A stretch of 61,560 bases of DNA, counting the filler. It is 5 parts of 5 records of this genome, joined end to end, with 100 filler letters (N's around TTAATTAATTAA, not from the genome) between each part and the next. Parts side by side here need not be neighbours in the genome. Positions count along the whole stretch, not along the records: positions 1 to 10,971 come from SRR31156797_374; positions 11,072 to 35,536 come from SRR31156797_384; 3 more parts are not named here. One strand, 5' to 3'. Within the stretch, counting starts at the first letter, position 1, and each line of letters opens with the position of its first letter. Positions 10,330-19,185 of the stretch are shown one piece after another. Both the position numbers and the translations under genes were made by a program. Under the pieces are notes generated by a model. The model made no database searches, had not been told where the DNA came from, and saw nothing but the letters and a program-made list of their open reading frames with translations.

Positions 10330-10926
10330 ATGCCGAATAAAATAATGAACCTGCCCAACTGGTTGTCCCTCAGCCGCATAGCGGCCGTGCCGGTGCTCGT
10401 TTTATTGCTGCTTATCGGCCAGGGCGGGGAAATCACTTCCATGATTTCCGCCCTGATCTTTCTTGTCGCTGTTCTGACGGACCTCCTGGATGGTTACCTG
10501 GCCCGAAAATACAAACTGGAAACAAATCTGGGCCGCTTTCTCGACCCACTGGCGGACAAGCTTATCAACACCGCGGCCCTGGTTATGCTTATACCCCTGG
10601 ATCGCGTACCTGCCTGGCTGGCTTTCCTCATAATAGGCAGGGAAATAGCCATTACCGGCCTGCGAAGCATTGCCGCGGCCGAGGGCGTGGTTATTTCCGC
10701 CAGCAGCCTGGGCAAGCAGAAGACCCTCACCCAGAATATAGCTATATTCTGCCTGCTTTGGCACTATCCCTTTTTCGGTCGGGACGTCCAGGCGGTAGGC
10801 ACGGTATTGCTGTATTTGGCCCTAGCCGCCACCTATTGGTCGGGGTATAAATATTTCGCCAGTTTTCATAAAATATTTCTTGAAAAAACCATGCAAAAGG
10901 GGCTTGACAAGGACGACGGAAAGTAG
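10330..10926 (+). CDS. pgsA: CDP-diacylglycerol--glycerol-3-phosphate 3-phosphatidyltransferase
   Basis: NLPN.LS.SR and TDLLDGYLARK...GRFLDPLADK CDP-alcohol phosphotransferase motif; followed by tRNA-Gly. Confidence 0.93.
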   Translation: MPNKIMNLPNWLSLSRIAAVPVLVLLLLIGQGGEITSMISALIFLVAVLTDLLDGYLARKYKLETNLGRFLDPLADKLINTAALVMLIPLDRVPAWLAFLIIGREIAITGLRSIAAAEGVVISASSLGKQKTLTQNIAIFCLLWHYPFFGRDVQAVGTVLLYLALAATYWSGYKYFASFHKIFLEKTMQKGLDKDDGK

Positions 10927-10932
10927 CATACT
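10904..10932 (+). promoter_or_regulatory. Sigma70 promoter for the tRNA gene, overlapping the pgsA 3' end
   Basis: TTGACA-17 bp-CATACT, ending 15 nt before the tRNA 5' end. Confidence 0.7.
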
Positions 10933-10947
10933 CCACCACTGAACTGA

Positions 10948-10971
10948 GCGGGAATAACTCAGTGGTAGAGT
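10948..10971 (+). tRNA. tRNA-Gly, 5' part only (truncated by contig end)
   Basis: GCGGGAATAACTCAGTGGTAGAGT is the acceptor stem and D-arm typical of tRNA-Gly; conserved pgsA-tRNA-Gly linkage; anticodon not visible. Confidence 0.8.
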
Positions 10972-11071
10972 NNNNNNNNNNNNNNNNNNNNNNNNNNNNN
11001 NNNNNNNNNNNNNNNTTAATTAATTAANNNNNNNNNNNNNNNNNNNNNNNNNNNNNNNNNNNNNNNNNNNN
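10972..11071. other. Artificial contig linker
   Basis: N44-TTAATTAATTAA-N44 (stops in all six frames). Confidence 0.98.
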
Positions 11072-11341
11072 TCCGGCGCCCAGGGACTCCAGGGTGACGC
11101 CGCCCTGACCGCCCAATTCATATGAGGAGGGGTTGCCAAAGTCGTATTTTCCGCCAAGCTTAAAATTGGCTATGGCGTATGATTTTTTGAGATTTCCATA
11201 TTGAGGAAAATTGGCCGAACCCGTTACGGGCTCCGCAAGATCGGGTTTGGCTGAAGCATAATTGATTGGAATGCAAAGAAAAACGGAAACCACCACCGCG
11301 GCTAATGTTTTGAATATGATTCTTTTTGTCGGTCTTCCCAT
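11072..11341 (-). CDS. Secreted protein, 3' truncated; possibly an alpha/beta hydrolase (homoserine acetyltransferase-like)
   Basis: SD AAGGAGG, ATG 11341, signal peptide ending ASA; family guess from LKKSYAIANFKLGGKYD...GGVTLESLGAG only. Confidence 0.5.
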
Positions 11342-11735
11342 ACTTACCTCCTTCATCAATAATTTTCACTTGCCATCTAAAACTGCATTCTGTCTCCCCA
11401 TTATAATGCCGAGGCGGTTTCCGGCGTTCCCATGAAACATCCATGCCGGCCACAGGCAACACTTGCCCGAGCATCACCGATCCGGACCGCCTTTTGATTC
11501 CATAAAGGTTTTATTCCCCCTCCTTTCCGATCATATGGGTTCATGCCTACCGAAATCCGACCTTGCTACCGCAAGGAAACTCCGCCCCTTTGACCCCGAT
11601 ATTCCGGAAAAAGGGTTGCTTTATGAATGAAAAATTATTAAATGTCGGGTCGTGGTTGCTGTTTCTAAAATGCCAGAATAATCAGTCAAGTCAAGACTGA
11701 ATAATCGCCTAAACAACACGTACATTTTTTAAGTG

Positions 11736-12722
11736 TTATTGAATGGATAAGAGATGGGCTCTGAGGGCTGTCTTTTTGTTTTTGATTCCCAGCTTCTTTC
11801 GAATGCTGTTTCTCTGGGTTTCGATGGTCCTTGGGGAAAGATTCAATAGATTGGCAATTTCTTTAGTGCTTTTCCCCTGTCTCACAAGATTGGCCACATG
11901 AACCTCCGCATGGGAAAGGTTATAATATCCGGAGGATAATCGGGCTGAGAGCGGTGAAGCAATGTCTCTCAAATTGGATGCTACGATGCCCAGAATAGCT
12001 TTCTGGTCTTTGTCTAATCCGCTCTCCTTTAGTTTTTCCATATAGGGCTCTACCACTCCCATCAAATTGAACAGTATTTTTTCTTCTATCTCTGTCTGAT
12101 CTTCTTCCCTTTTCTTCAACAGCACCTTCAGTGCTGTATTTGTCTCTTCAAGATTGATGGTTTTGAGTTTTAACTCCTTCTCCCTTTCTTTCAACTGTTC
12201 ATTCGCCTGCAATAGATCCCAAGTCCGTTCACGGACCCGTTCTTCCAATTCCTTGTGCGCCCTTTGAAGCTTTTCCTGGGCCTGTTTACGTTCCGTGACA
12301 TCAATGAGCACGACCTGCGACGTGGGATTCCCCTTGTAATTCATAAGGGTGGCAAAAGCTTCCACCCAGCGCAACGTCCGGTCCCTCTTAACAATGCGGA
12401 ACTCGTATCGTTGGGGCGTGGAAATCCCCCGCAGGCGATTCAAATAATTCTTCCAGACATCAGCCCGATCATCGGGATGTACAAGATTGACCACCGCCTC
12501 GGAAGATAGAGACGTGATTTCCTCGACGGTATAGCCGAGCATATCGGCATAAACGGAGTTGGCAAAGATCACACGGGGTTTTTCCCCTTGAAGGAGATGA
12601 AGCGCTTGCAGGGAATGATCAACAAAAGCGGAATATGCCTCTTCGATCCAATATTGCTCCTGAGCGTCTCTCTCTAAGCCCTTAACTCTCTGTTCCAGTT
12701 CTCTGTATGTTGCCTTCTTCAC
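11736..12722 (-). CDS. PAS-domain LuxR-family transcriptional regulator
   Basis: KATYRELEQRVK.LE N-terminus, PAS (VHPDDR, DVTERK), coiled coil, LuxR HTH (GKSTKEIA.LLNLSPRTIE..R.SIRKKLG); start uncertain, frame open to 12872. Confidence 0.88.
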   Translation of the reverse strand: MKKATYRELEQRVKGLERDAQEQYWIEEAYSAFVDHSLQALHLLQGEKPRVIFANSVYADMLGYTVEEITSLSSEAVVNLVHPDDRADVWKNYLNRLRGISTPQRYEFRIVKRDRTLRWVEAFATLMNYKGNPTSQVVLIDVTERKQAQEKLQRAHKELEERVRERTWDLLQANEQLKEREKELKLKTINLEETNTALKVLLKKREEDQTEIEEKILFNLMGVVEPYMEKLKESGLDKDQKAILGIVASNLRDIASPLSARLSSGYYNLSHAEVHVANLVRQGKSTKEIANLLNLSPRTIETQRNSIRKKLGIKNKKTALRAHLLSIQ

Positions 12723-12847
12723 GATATAAAAGGAGCCAAAGTGTTTTTTTGCGTGAGGCGGGAAAATCATGGTTTTGCCGTACTGATGTAATCTACCATA
12801 ATGAAAGTGGTCTGTCCACAACTCCCATGCTCTGAAAGCGGTACGGA

Positions 12848-12965
12848 TATTGCTTTGCAGTTTTTGCTGCAATGCGGTATTTTTTGTTGCAATGCAATAT
12901 TCTTTTTGCTACATGTACATCAAAATCGCCGGTTATAATATGCGCTTTTGTGTTGCCTTGCACCC
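12848..12965. promoter_or_regulatory. Four TGC-N3-GC(A/G) boxes (putative PhaR operators) around a TATAAT at 12934
   Basis: TATTGCTTTGCAGTT 12848, TGCTGCAATGCGGTA 12865, TGTTGCAATGCAATA 12885, TGTTGCCTTGCACCC 12951. Confidence 0.6.
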
Positions 12966-13094
12966 GCCATATGCGGAGACTTTATATCTCCGAAGTTCTT
13001 CCGGATAATTGGCATTCCATGGCAGCGCAAGGGATTTTCCACTTTACGGTGAACGGCGGTTCCCAAAACCTATGGAAAGGAGAACTTTTATACG

Positions 13095-14507
13095 ATGCCG
13101 ACCTCTTTCATGACGCTCTTTCCCCATGTACTCAACAGCCTTGAAGCCATGAAGATTCCCATTGAGACCAGTGCGGATTTCACAAAAACCGCTATGCACT
13201 GTCAGTCTTTGGGGTTTGATTTGATGAGGAACACACAACAATATGGTTGCCGATTGATGAAACATCTCTTGCCGGCGACGGTCAACGCGAAGCAGGAGGA
13301 TTGCAACCGGCTCTCCGAGATCTTTTTGGAAGGATCAGACAGTCTCCTGTCGTCGGCTGAAAAAAATGCCAAGGACTGCCTGGATCGTTTTCACCGGGAG
13401 CGGCTGGGGGAATTGGAATTTCTGGAGTTTTTTACGGAAAAGCTTCCGGATCAGGGTTGGACGGTTGAATATGACGACTCGAAGGTCATCCTTGATTTGC
13501 CGGGTCTCAGACTTATTGATATCTCCGCGGAGGTGAAACACAAAATCAGAAACTACGGAGTGGTCTTTGCACCGCGGGCGGGACATCATTCCAACATTGC
13601 TGAACGGGTGGCCCTCTACATGAGAGATCACGGCCTTACCCGCATGGCCATTGTAGAGCAAAAATGCGCCGAGGAGATCCCTCTTTACGTTGACGACCAG
13701 AGACATTATGAGGATTTTGACGGGCAGGTTGAGCAGTATCGAAAAGTCTTGGAGGCGCTGAAAGAGCGGACGGGTTGTCCCCCCCACCTGATCGCAATCT
13801 GCCAGCCGGGCCCCCTCCTGATGAGCACCCTGATCCTTCACCCCCATTTGGGCAAAACATTCGGTTCCGCCGGAGCGCCCATGCACACGGAGGGAGAAAA
13901 GGGATATTTGACCGATTTTGCTCGTTTGGCGGGCGAGGATTACATCGAAAAGCTCGTTGCCGTATCGGGCCTCACCATATCCGATGAACATGAAGGGGGC
14001 GGTAGAGAGAGCTATGACGGCCGGGTTCATGTCTTGGGATTTTATCTCTTGGGAATGGATCAGCACCTTGGGAACTTGAGGAAGCTTTTGACTGATCTGA
14101 AAGAGGGGAATAGAGAAGATGCCCAACGCCAAAAGGCCTTTTATCGCTGGTACAATTACGTTAATCATGCTCCCATGGGATTCATCCGGGATACATATCA
14201 GAAGATATTTGTGAAAAATGAATTAATCCGGGGGACCCTCTCCATTCACGGGAAAGAGATCGGCATCAAGGATTACCCGGGTTCGGTCCCCATCTGGGCG
14301 CTAGGCGGTAGAAAGGATGCCATCGCTCCACCTCTCCAGGCCACGGGGCACATGGAAATAATCGATTCCGTACCACCCCGGGACAAACTGACCCTTATCT
14401 GCGATGGGGGCCACATGGGTCTTTTCCGCTCCACCAAGATCTTGAAAGAATACTACAATAGGATTGTGGAATTCCTCCTCCGTCACAGCGATAAAGCCGC
14501 GGTGTAA
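13095..14507 (+). CDS. phaZ: Intracellular PHA depolymerase-like alpha/beta hydrolase (PhaZ1-type, Cys nucleophile)
   Basis: APRAGHHS, AICQPG, GGRKDAIA and GGHMGLF give a Cys-Asp-His triad; adjacent to phaR. Confidence 0.7.
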   Translation: MPTSFMTLFPHVLNSLEAMKIPIETSADFTKTAMHCQSLGFDLMRNTQQYGCRLMKHLLPATVNAKQEDCNRLSEIFLEGSDSLLSSAEKNAKDCLDRFHRERLGELEFLEFFTEKLPDQGWTVEYDDSKVILDLPGLRLIDISAEVKHKIRNYGVVFAPRAGHHSNIAERVALYMRDHGLTRMAIVEQKCAEEIPLYVDDQRHYEDFDGQVEQYRKVLEALKERTGCPPHLIAICQPGPLLMSTLILHPHLGKTFGSAGAPMHTEGEKGYLTDFARLAGEDYIEKLVAVSGLTISDEHEGGGRESYDGRVHVLGFYLLGMDQHLGNLRKLLTDLKEGNREDAQRQKAFYRWYNYVNHAPMGFIRDTYQKIFVKNELIRGTLSIHGKEIGIKDYPGSVPIWALGGRKDAIAPPLQATGHMEIIDSVPPRDKLTLICDGGHMGLFRSTKILKEYYNRIVEFLLRHSDKAAV

Positions 14508-14527
14508 GCCCTGGATTTTTGCCCTTT

Positions 14528-15001
14528 CTATCCATCCTGCTTCTTATCCCCCGGTTTTTTCTCCGAAGAAAAAGTGGGATCGGGAAATGGATGGAAGGGC
14601 GTCAGCCCGGTCATGGTTTTTTGAGCAATGGTGGAGAGATCCATCCCCATATCCAGCCATTTGCCGAACTGTTCATCAGCCGTTTTCTTGTATTTCAGAT
14701 AGCTTTTAATGGTTTGCTGAAGATGGTTCTCGAAAAATTCATGGAGGACGTTTCCTCCGTGTTGAATGATCAGGTGCAAAAGAGGAACGGGCAGGAGGGC
14801 GTTTCTATTCTTGGCCTCTTCCAGTACAATCTGGGTGAGGATAAAAGCGGTGACATCCTCCTTGGTTTTTGCGTCAACCACCTCCACCCGCCGCCCCTCC
14901 CTGATCATATGGGCCACATGGGCGAGGGTCACGTACTTGCTTTTTTCCGTATCATACAAGCGCCTGTTGGCGTATTTCTTGAGCAGAATCTTTTCGCTCA
15001 T
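14528..15001 (-). CDS. phaR: PHA synthesis regulator PhaR
   Basis: KKYANRRLYDTEKSKYVTL...VVDAKTKEDVT..ILTQI; SD GGAGG before ATG 15001. Confidence 0.92.
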   Translation of the reverse strand: MSEKILLKKYANRRLYDTEKSKYVTLAHVAHMIREGRRVEVVDAKTKEDVTAFILTQIVLEEAKNRNALLPVPLLHLIIQHGGNVLHEFFENHLQQTIKSYLKYKKTADEQFGKWLDMGMDLSTIAQKTMTGLTPFHPFPDPTFSSEKKPGDKKQDG

Positions 15002-15168
15002 CTTTACCTCCCAATGATGCATAAAGTTTTGATGTATTGCAAAAAAATGTGATAGATGAACTCCGTTCAGCTGATCTTCACAATAGACATATAACATTAA
15101 TCGCTATATGTCAAAGCGTTATGATGGCTTATGGATTGGAAAACAAAACCGATGGGTTTCAAAATAAT

Positions 15169-15218
15169 TGTTGCGATGCAACATTTTTTCTTGACAAAAT
15201 TCTAATGTGAATTATAAT
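15169..15218 (+). promoter_or_regulatory. Palindromic operator plus consensus sigma70 promoter of the phasin-like genes
   Basis: TGTTGC-GAT-GCAACA (15169-15183), then TTGACA (15191)-16 bp-TATAAT (15213). Confidence 0.75.
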
Positions 15219-15279
15219 CAGTCAGTGTTCGGACGAGGCATACAAGAAGAATAAAAACTTTCAGGAGGGATTATTGACA

Positions 15280-15567
15280 ATGGAACCCGCAAAAATTGTA
15301 AAGCAGATGATCGATTTTCAAAAGGCCACATTTGACAACAGCTTTAGCGCCATGGCCATGGTCCAGGAGCAGGCGGAGAGGATGCTCAACATGGGCTTGG
15401 AGCAGGCCACGTGGCTTCCGGAGGAGGGAAAAAAAGTTATTGATGAATGGATCAAGGCCTATAAGAAGGGACGTGAGGATTTCAAGAAAAACGTTGATGA
15501 TAATTTCGCGAAAGTTGAAGCATTCTTTGCCGAAACTGAAAAGGGCACAAAGACAAAAACCAAGTAA
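15280..15567 (+). CDS. Phasin-like amphipathic helical protein, copy 1
   Basis: About 95 aa helical protein KQMIDFQKATFDNSFSAM...WLPEEGKK; strong SD; divergent from phaR. Confidence 0.7.
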   Translation: MEPAKIVKQMIDFQKATFDNSFSAMAMVQEQAERMLNMGLEQATWLPEEGKKVIDEWIKAYKKGREDFKKNVDDNFAKVEAFFAETEKGTKTKTK

Positions 15568-15619
15568 TTCATGACCAAATTATCACAAATTTTTATTTAT
15601 ATAATTGAGGAGAAGCAAG

Positions 15620-15886
15620 ATGGATCAAAATCAGATATTCAAACAGATGATTGATTTCCATAAGGCCGCATTCGACAATAGCTTCAGTGCCATGGCCATG
15701 GTTCAGGAGCAGACGGCAAAAATGGTCGGCACAACCTTGGAGCAGGCCTCATGGCTTCCGGAGGAGGGAAAAAAAGCCGTAAACAAGTGGGTCAACACCT
15801 ATAAAAGTGGTTGTGAAGATTTCAAAAAGGCCATAGACGATAATTTCAAGAAGGTAGAGGATTTTTTGGCAACCTCAAAAAGATAA
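15620..15886 (+). CDS. Phasin-like amphipathic helical protein, copy 2
   Basis: Clear paralogue of 15280-15567 at protein and DNA level. Confidence 0.7.
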   Translation: MDQNQIFKQMIDFHKAAFDNSFSAMAMVQEQTAKMVGTTLEQASWLPEEGKKAVNKWVNTYKSGCEDFKKAIDDNFKKVEDFLATSKR

Positions 15887-15900
15887 GCGGCCGAAAAAAT

Positions 15901-15924
15901 AGGGTGGCTTCTCAGCCACCCTTT
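15901..15924 (+). terminator. Hairpin between the phasin-like genes and the phaC-like gene
   Basis: AGGGTGGCT-TCTC-AGCCACCCT perfect 9-bp stem with a short U-tail. Confidence 0.55.
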
Positions 15925-15991
15925 CCCCGTGCCGTGCAGGCAAGCGTTTGTCACCTTGATATGGATCAGGCAACTTTCAATGGAGGTGAGG

Positions 15992-17557
15992 ATGGATCGC
16001 ACGACCGATTTGGCTTTGGCTTCATATAAATCCCTTTCCCGCTCCCTGGAAAGGCTGTGGGAAATAAACCTCAAGTTGATCGGGGCGACCGGAGAGCAGA
16101 TCAAAGCCTCACAGACATACTGGATCGGGGTTTCCAAATATATGAACGAGTTCATGACCCCTTTCCGGATTGCCTTGAACGCCTTTTCCGCCACTGAAAA
16201 GGAGAAATTGTCGAACCATACCCCATACGAGAGCTTGAGGGATTATGTGGAGCTTCTCCGGTTCAACCTTCAAGTCGCCGAAAAGGGCCTCAACAGCAGT
16301 ATGGCGCTCATGGGCGATTACCATCGGAAAGAGATGGCCGCAGCCTTCTCCGCATGGCTCAACACTTTATTCGACCGGGAGGGAAAAGACATTCATGAAT
16401 TCACGGCCGATCAGGCAAAGGCACTGGAGAAATTGGTCTATGGTTATCCAAAGGCGATTCTGGAAATCGAGTCCGAATTCGGGTTTCACTTTGAAGGCCC
16501 GGGTTATGAAAAAGCGGCGGAGACGGACCGTTTCCTTCTCTATCAGGTTTTTCCCGGGAACAACAAAGTCAGGATCAGAAAAAAGGGCAAACCGATCATC
16601 ATCATCCCCCCCTATGTCCTGGGTCCCAACATCCTTGCGTTTTTGCCCGGCGAGAACAAGAGCTATGTGCATGCCTTTGCAAACCAGGGGATTCCCACCT
16701 ATATCAGGGTCATGAAGGATATCGATTCAACCCCGGCCGTACAGACCATAACAGGGGAGGAGGACGCTTCCGATACCCGCTTTTTCTGTGAGCGGATAAA
16801 AGCCAAGCACCAAAGAGCGGTTACTTTGAACGGATTCTGCCAGGGGGGATTCATGGCGGTTGCAGACCTCCTTTCCGGTGAACTGGACGGACTGGTGGAC
16901 GCCCTCATCACCTGTGTGGCGCCCATGGACGGCACCCGAAGCAGGTCACTGGTTGAATATATGGAACATCTCCCCCCCCGGTTCAGGGACTTGGGCTATT
17001 CCGTGAAGACCCTGCCCAACGGCAACCGGGTGGTGGACGGCAAGGTTATGAGCTGGGTCTATAAGCTGAAAAGCATGGAAAAGGAGGCCCCTGTTTTCGC
17101 CCTTTATCGAGACCTGATGATGTTCAACAGGCCGGATGGCCGGGAGAGCAACATCAGCAAGACCGCGGCGGCGCTCAATTACTGGTTGATCTATGACCGA
17201 AATGACCTTCCCCTAGCCATCACCAAGATGAGTTTTGACTCCTACACCATTCCCGTGGATAAGGAGGGGACCCTGCCGGTCAGGCTTTTTGATCGGAAAC
17301 TCAATTTCAAGCGCCTGAAAGAGAAAGGGATCAAGTTCCTTATCTGCTATGCGGAAAAGGACGATCTGGTGGACAAGGCATCGGCCCTTGCCCCCCTGGA
17401 TTTCATGGACGCGGAGGTCTCGGCCTTCCCCAAAGGTCACGGCGCCATCGCCACCTCCTGGTCTCTTCCCACCTCCGAGTGCGCGCTTCATACCTGCTTC
17501 GGCCATAACTGCCGCGGTCCCGTACGTTACCAGTTGGATCTCGAAAAAGGGTTGTGA
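15992..17557 (+). CDS. phaC: Divergent PHA synthase-like alpha/beta hydrolase
   Basis: PIIIIPPYV...ILAFLPGENKSYV, lipase-box variant GFCQGG, EKDDLV, KGH; SD GGAGG before ATG 15992; PHA gene context. Confidence 0.65.
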   Translation: MDRTTDLALASYKSLSRSLERLWEINLKLIGATGEQIKASQTYWIGVSKYMNEFMTPFRIALNAFSATEKEKLSNHTPYESLRDYVELLRFNLQVAEKGLNSSMALMGDYHRKEMAAAFSAWLNTLFDREGKDIHEFTADQAKALEKLVYGYPKAILEIESEFGFHFEGPGYEKAAETDRFLLYQVFPGNNKVRIRKKGKPIIIIPPYVLGPNILAFLPGENKSYVHAFANQGIPTYIRVMKDIDSTPAVQTITGEEDASDTRFFCERIKAKHQRAVTLNGFCQGGFMAVADLLSGELDGLVDALITCVAPMDGTRSRSLVEYMEHLPPRFRDLGYSVKTLPNGNRVVDGKVMSWVYKLKSMEKEAPVFALYRDLMMFNRPDGRESNISKTAAALNYWLIYDRNDLPLAITKMSFDSYTIPVDKEGTLPVRLFDRKLNFKRLKEKGIKFLICYAEKDDLVDKASALAPLDFMDAEVSAFPKGHGAIATSWSLPTSECALHTCFGHNCRGPVRYQLDLEKGL

Positions 17558-17601
17558 GAGACCGGTTGAATTCTACCGGGAATTGAAAGGAGAGCACCTT
17601 T

Positions 17602-18105
17602 GTGGAAACGCAATTTTTAGAGTTTTTTGGAAATCTGTTAATCAACGCCGCAAAAGGGCGGAAACAGATGGACGAGCTGGCCCGATGGATCAATCCGGGT
17701 TTTGAAAGTTGGGAGGGGCAAAAGGCCGTTTCCCGAAAATTCTACGGCCTAAACGACCCCAATGGGGAAAGCCCGGATTTTCCGAAGGAATGGAAGAATG
17801 CGGCAGACGGCTTTCAAAAGTCTTTGAATGAATGTCTTGATGTAATGGGTGTGGTTTCTAAAGAAGAACACCTTAAGTTGGTGGGGAAATATGAAGATCT
17901 CAAAGAAAAGGCCGCGGACCTGGAGGAGACCATCAAACATTTAAAGCTGCTGCTGGATGAAAAAGGGATGGCCAGGGAAGAGGTGCATAGGGGATTCCAG
18001 GATCTCATAAAGAGACAAAATGATCAGTTTCAGGATTTAATGAAGGGATCCTGGCACCTCCTTGAAAAGAAATCCAACGGCATGAATGACAACAACAATT
18101 CCTAA
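17602..18105 (+). CDS. Helical/coiled-coil protein, candidate PhaE-like synthase partner
   Basis: Directly follows the phaC-like gene; MGVVSKEEHLKL..KYEDLKEK..LEE coiled coil resembles PhaE/PhaR-subunit C-termini. Confidence 0.5.
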   Translation: METQFLEFFGNLLINAAKGRKQMDELARWINPGFESWEGQKAVSRKFYGLNDPNGESPDFPKEWKNAADGFQKSLNECLDVMGVVSKEEHLKLVGKYEDLKEKAADLEETIKHLKLLLDEKGMAREEVHRGFQDLIKRQNDQFQDLMKGSWHLLEKKSNGMNDNNNS

Positions 18106-18616
18106 AACGCCTCAACCGTCCTTCGGCGGGGGACTGACCAGTGCTTCACCGACCGGAACAATCGTAACATCCTGATTGCCACAGAAGGTTTTCAGTTTTA
18201 AACGGTTCTTTTAGGTCTTCACCATTTTGCAGCTTTTTCCCTCGGCGGCCACAAAATGCCGTACCCCTCCTTCACCGTAACCATGAACGCGTTTGGACGT
18301 AGACTATCCAGCGCCGGTCTTTTTGAACATTCAAAGTTTCAACAAACGACCCCTTGAAACTTACCTTTCTATTACACATCAAGGATTAAAACTTCATAAC
18401 ATGTGGCAATTCACAAATTAAAACGTGACCCTATTTGCTTTTATATCGAATAGTTACAATTATTTTAACGGGAATTAACAGGGGATAATTGTTGTCTTTA
18501 AAACACGGGTTGGTATAAAAAACGGATTATTGGGGTTTCGGGAACGACCGTTGAGTAACTTTCCTAAAAAGGAAAAGCAGGTTTAAATCGCAACGGAAAA
18601 GCAGGGAGGAGAGATC

Positions 18617-19074
18617 ATGAAAAGACTGGGGTTCGCATGGTGTATGGCCGTGGCCTGTGTGGGGCTATGGTCCGTGGCGCTGGGGCAGGACATCACGAAC
18701 AAGCTGGGGAACAACAGCGGCGCCACCTTCACGGTGAAGGACTCGGCCGGCAATAACATCCTGGTTCTGGAAGCCAAGGACCAGGCATCACTCAGCCCCA
18801 ACATCATCGGGGGGCATAACGCCAACTCGGTCACCCCGGGCATGTACGGGGCCGTGGTGGGGGGCGGCGGCAGTGGCAGCTATCCGAACACCGTGACGAA
18901 CCATTACGGAACGGTCGGCGGCGGCAGCGAGAACCGGGCGAGCTGAACCGACGGGTGTTCGCCCTGGGCCGTGCCGACATCATACCCGCCTTCAGCCCAT
19001 GGGGAATGGTCCTGTTGAGCATCCTGCTGGCCGCCGCCGGGGGCGTGATATTGCGCAGATCGGTGTCCGGCTGA
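18617..19074 (+). pseudogene. Internally deleted or frameshifted secreted protein with IPTL-CTERM-like sorting signal
   Basis: Signal peptide plus GxVGGG..NxA repeats stop at 18946; the -1 frame continues ELNRRVFALGRADIIPAFSPWGMVLLSILLAAAGGVILRRSVSG* to 19074. Confidence 0.65.
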
Positions 19075-19185
19075 AGACCGTCTTGGGTAAGGGCTAAAGA
19101 TATTTGTAATTTTTTACTACGAATATGGAAGGGTGATAATGAAAAAACTCCTCAAAATGTATCCTATGCAAATTCCCCGGTAGAT

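Noticed and set aside
11016-11027. TTAATTAATTAA palindrome recurring four times
   Set aside because: Always centred in N44 runs; an artificial six-frame-stop linker, not a biological repeat
11342-11735. Riboswitch in the long leader of the truncated secreted protein
   Set aside because: Hairpins are present (AGGCGGT/ACCGCCT) but I see no SAM, cobalamin, TPP or c-di-GMP consensus
18106-18616. Possible gene remnant between the PHA module and the IPTL relic
   Set aside because: Only short interrupted frames; no family recognisable by eye
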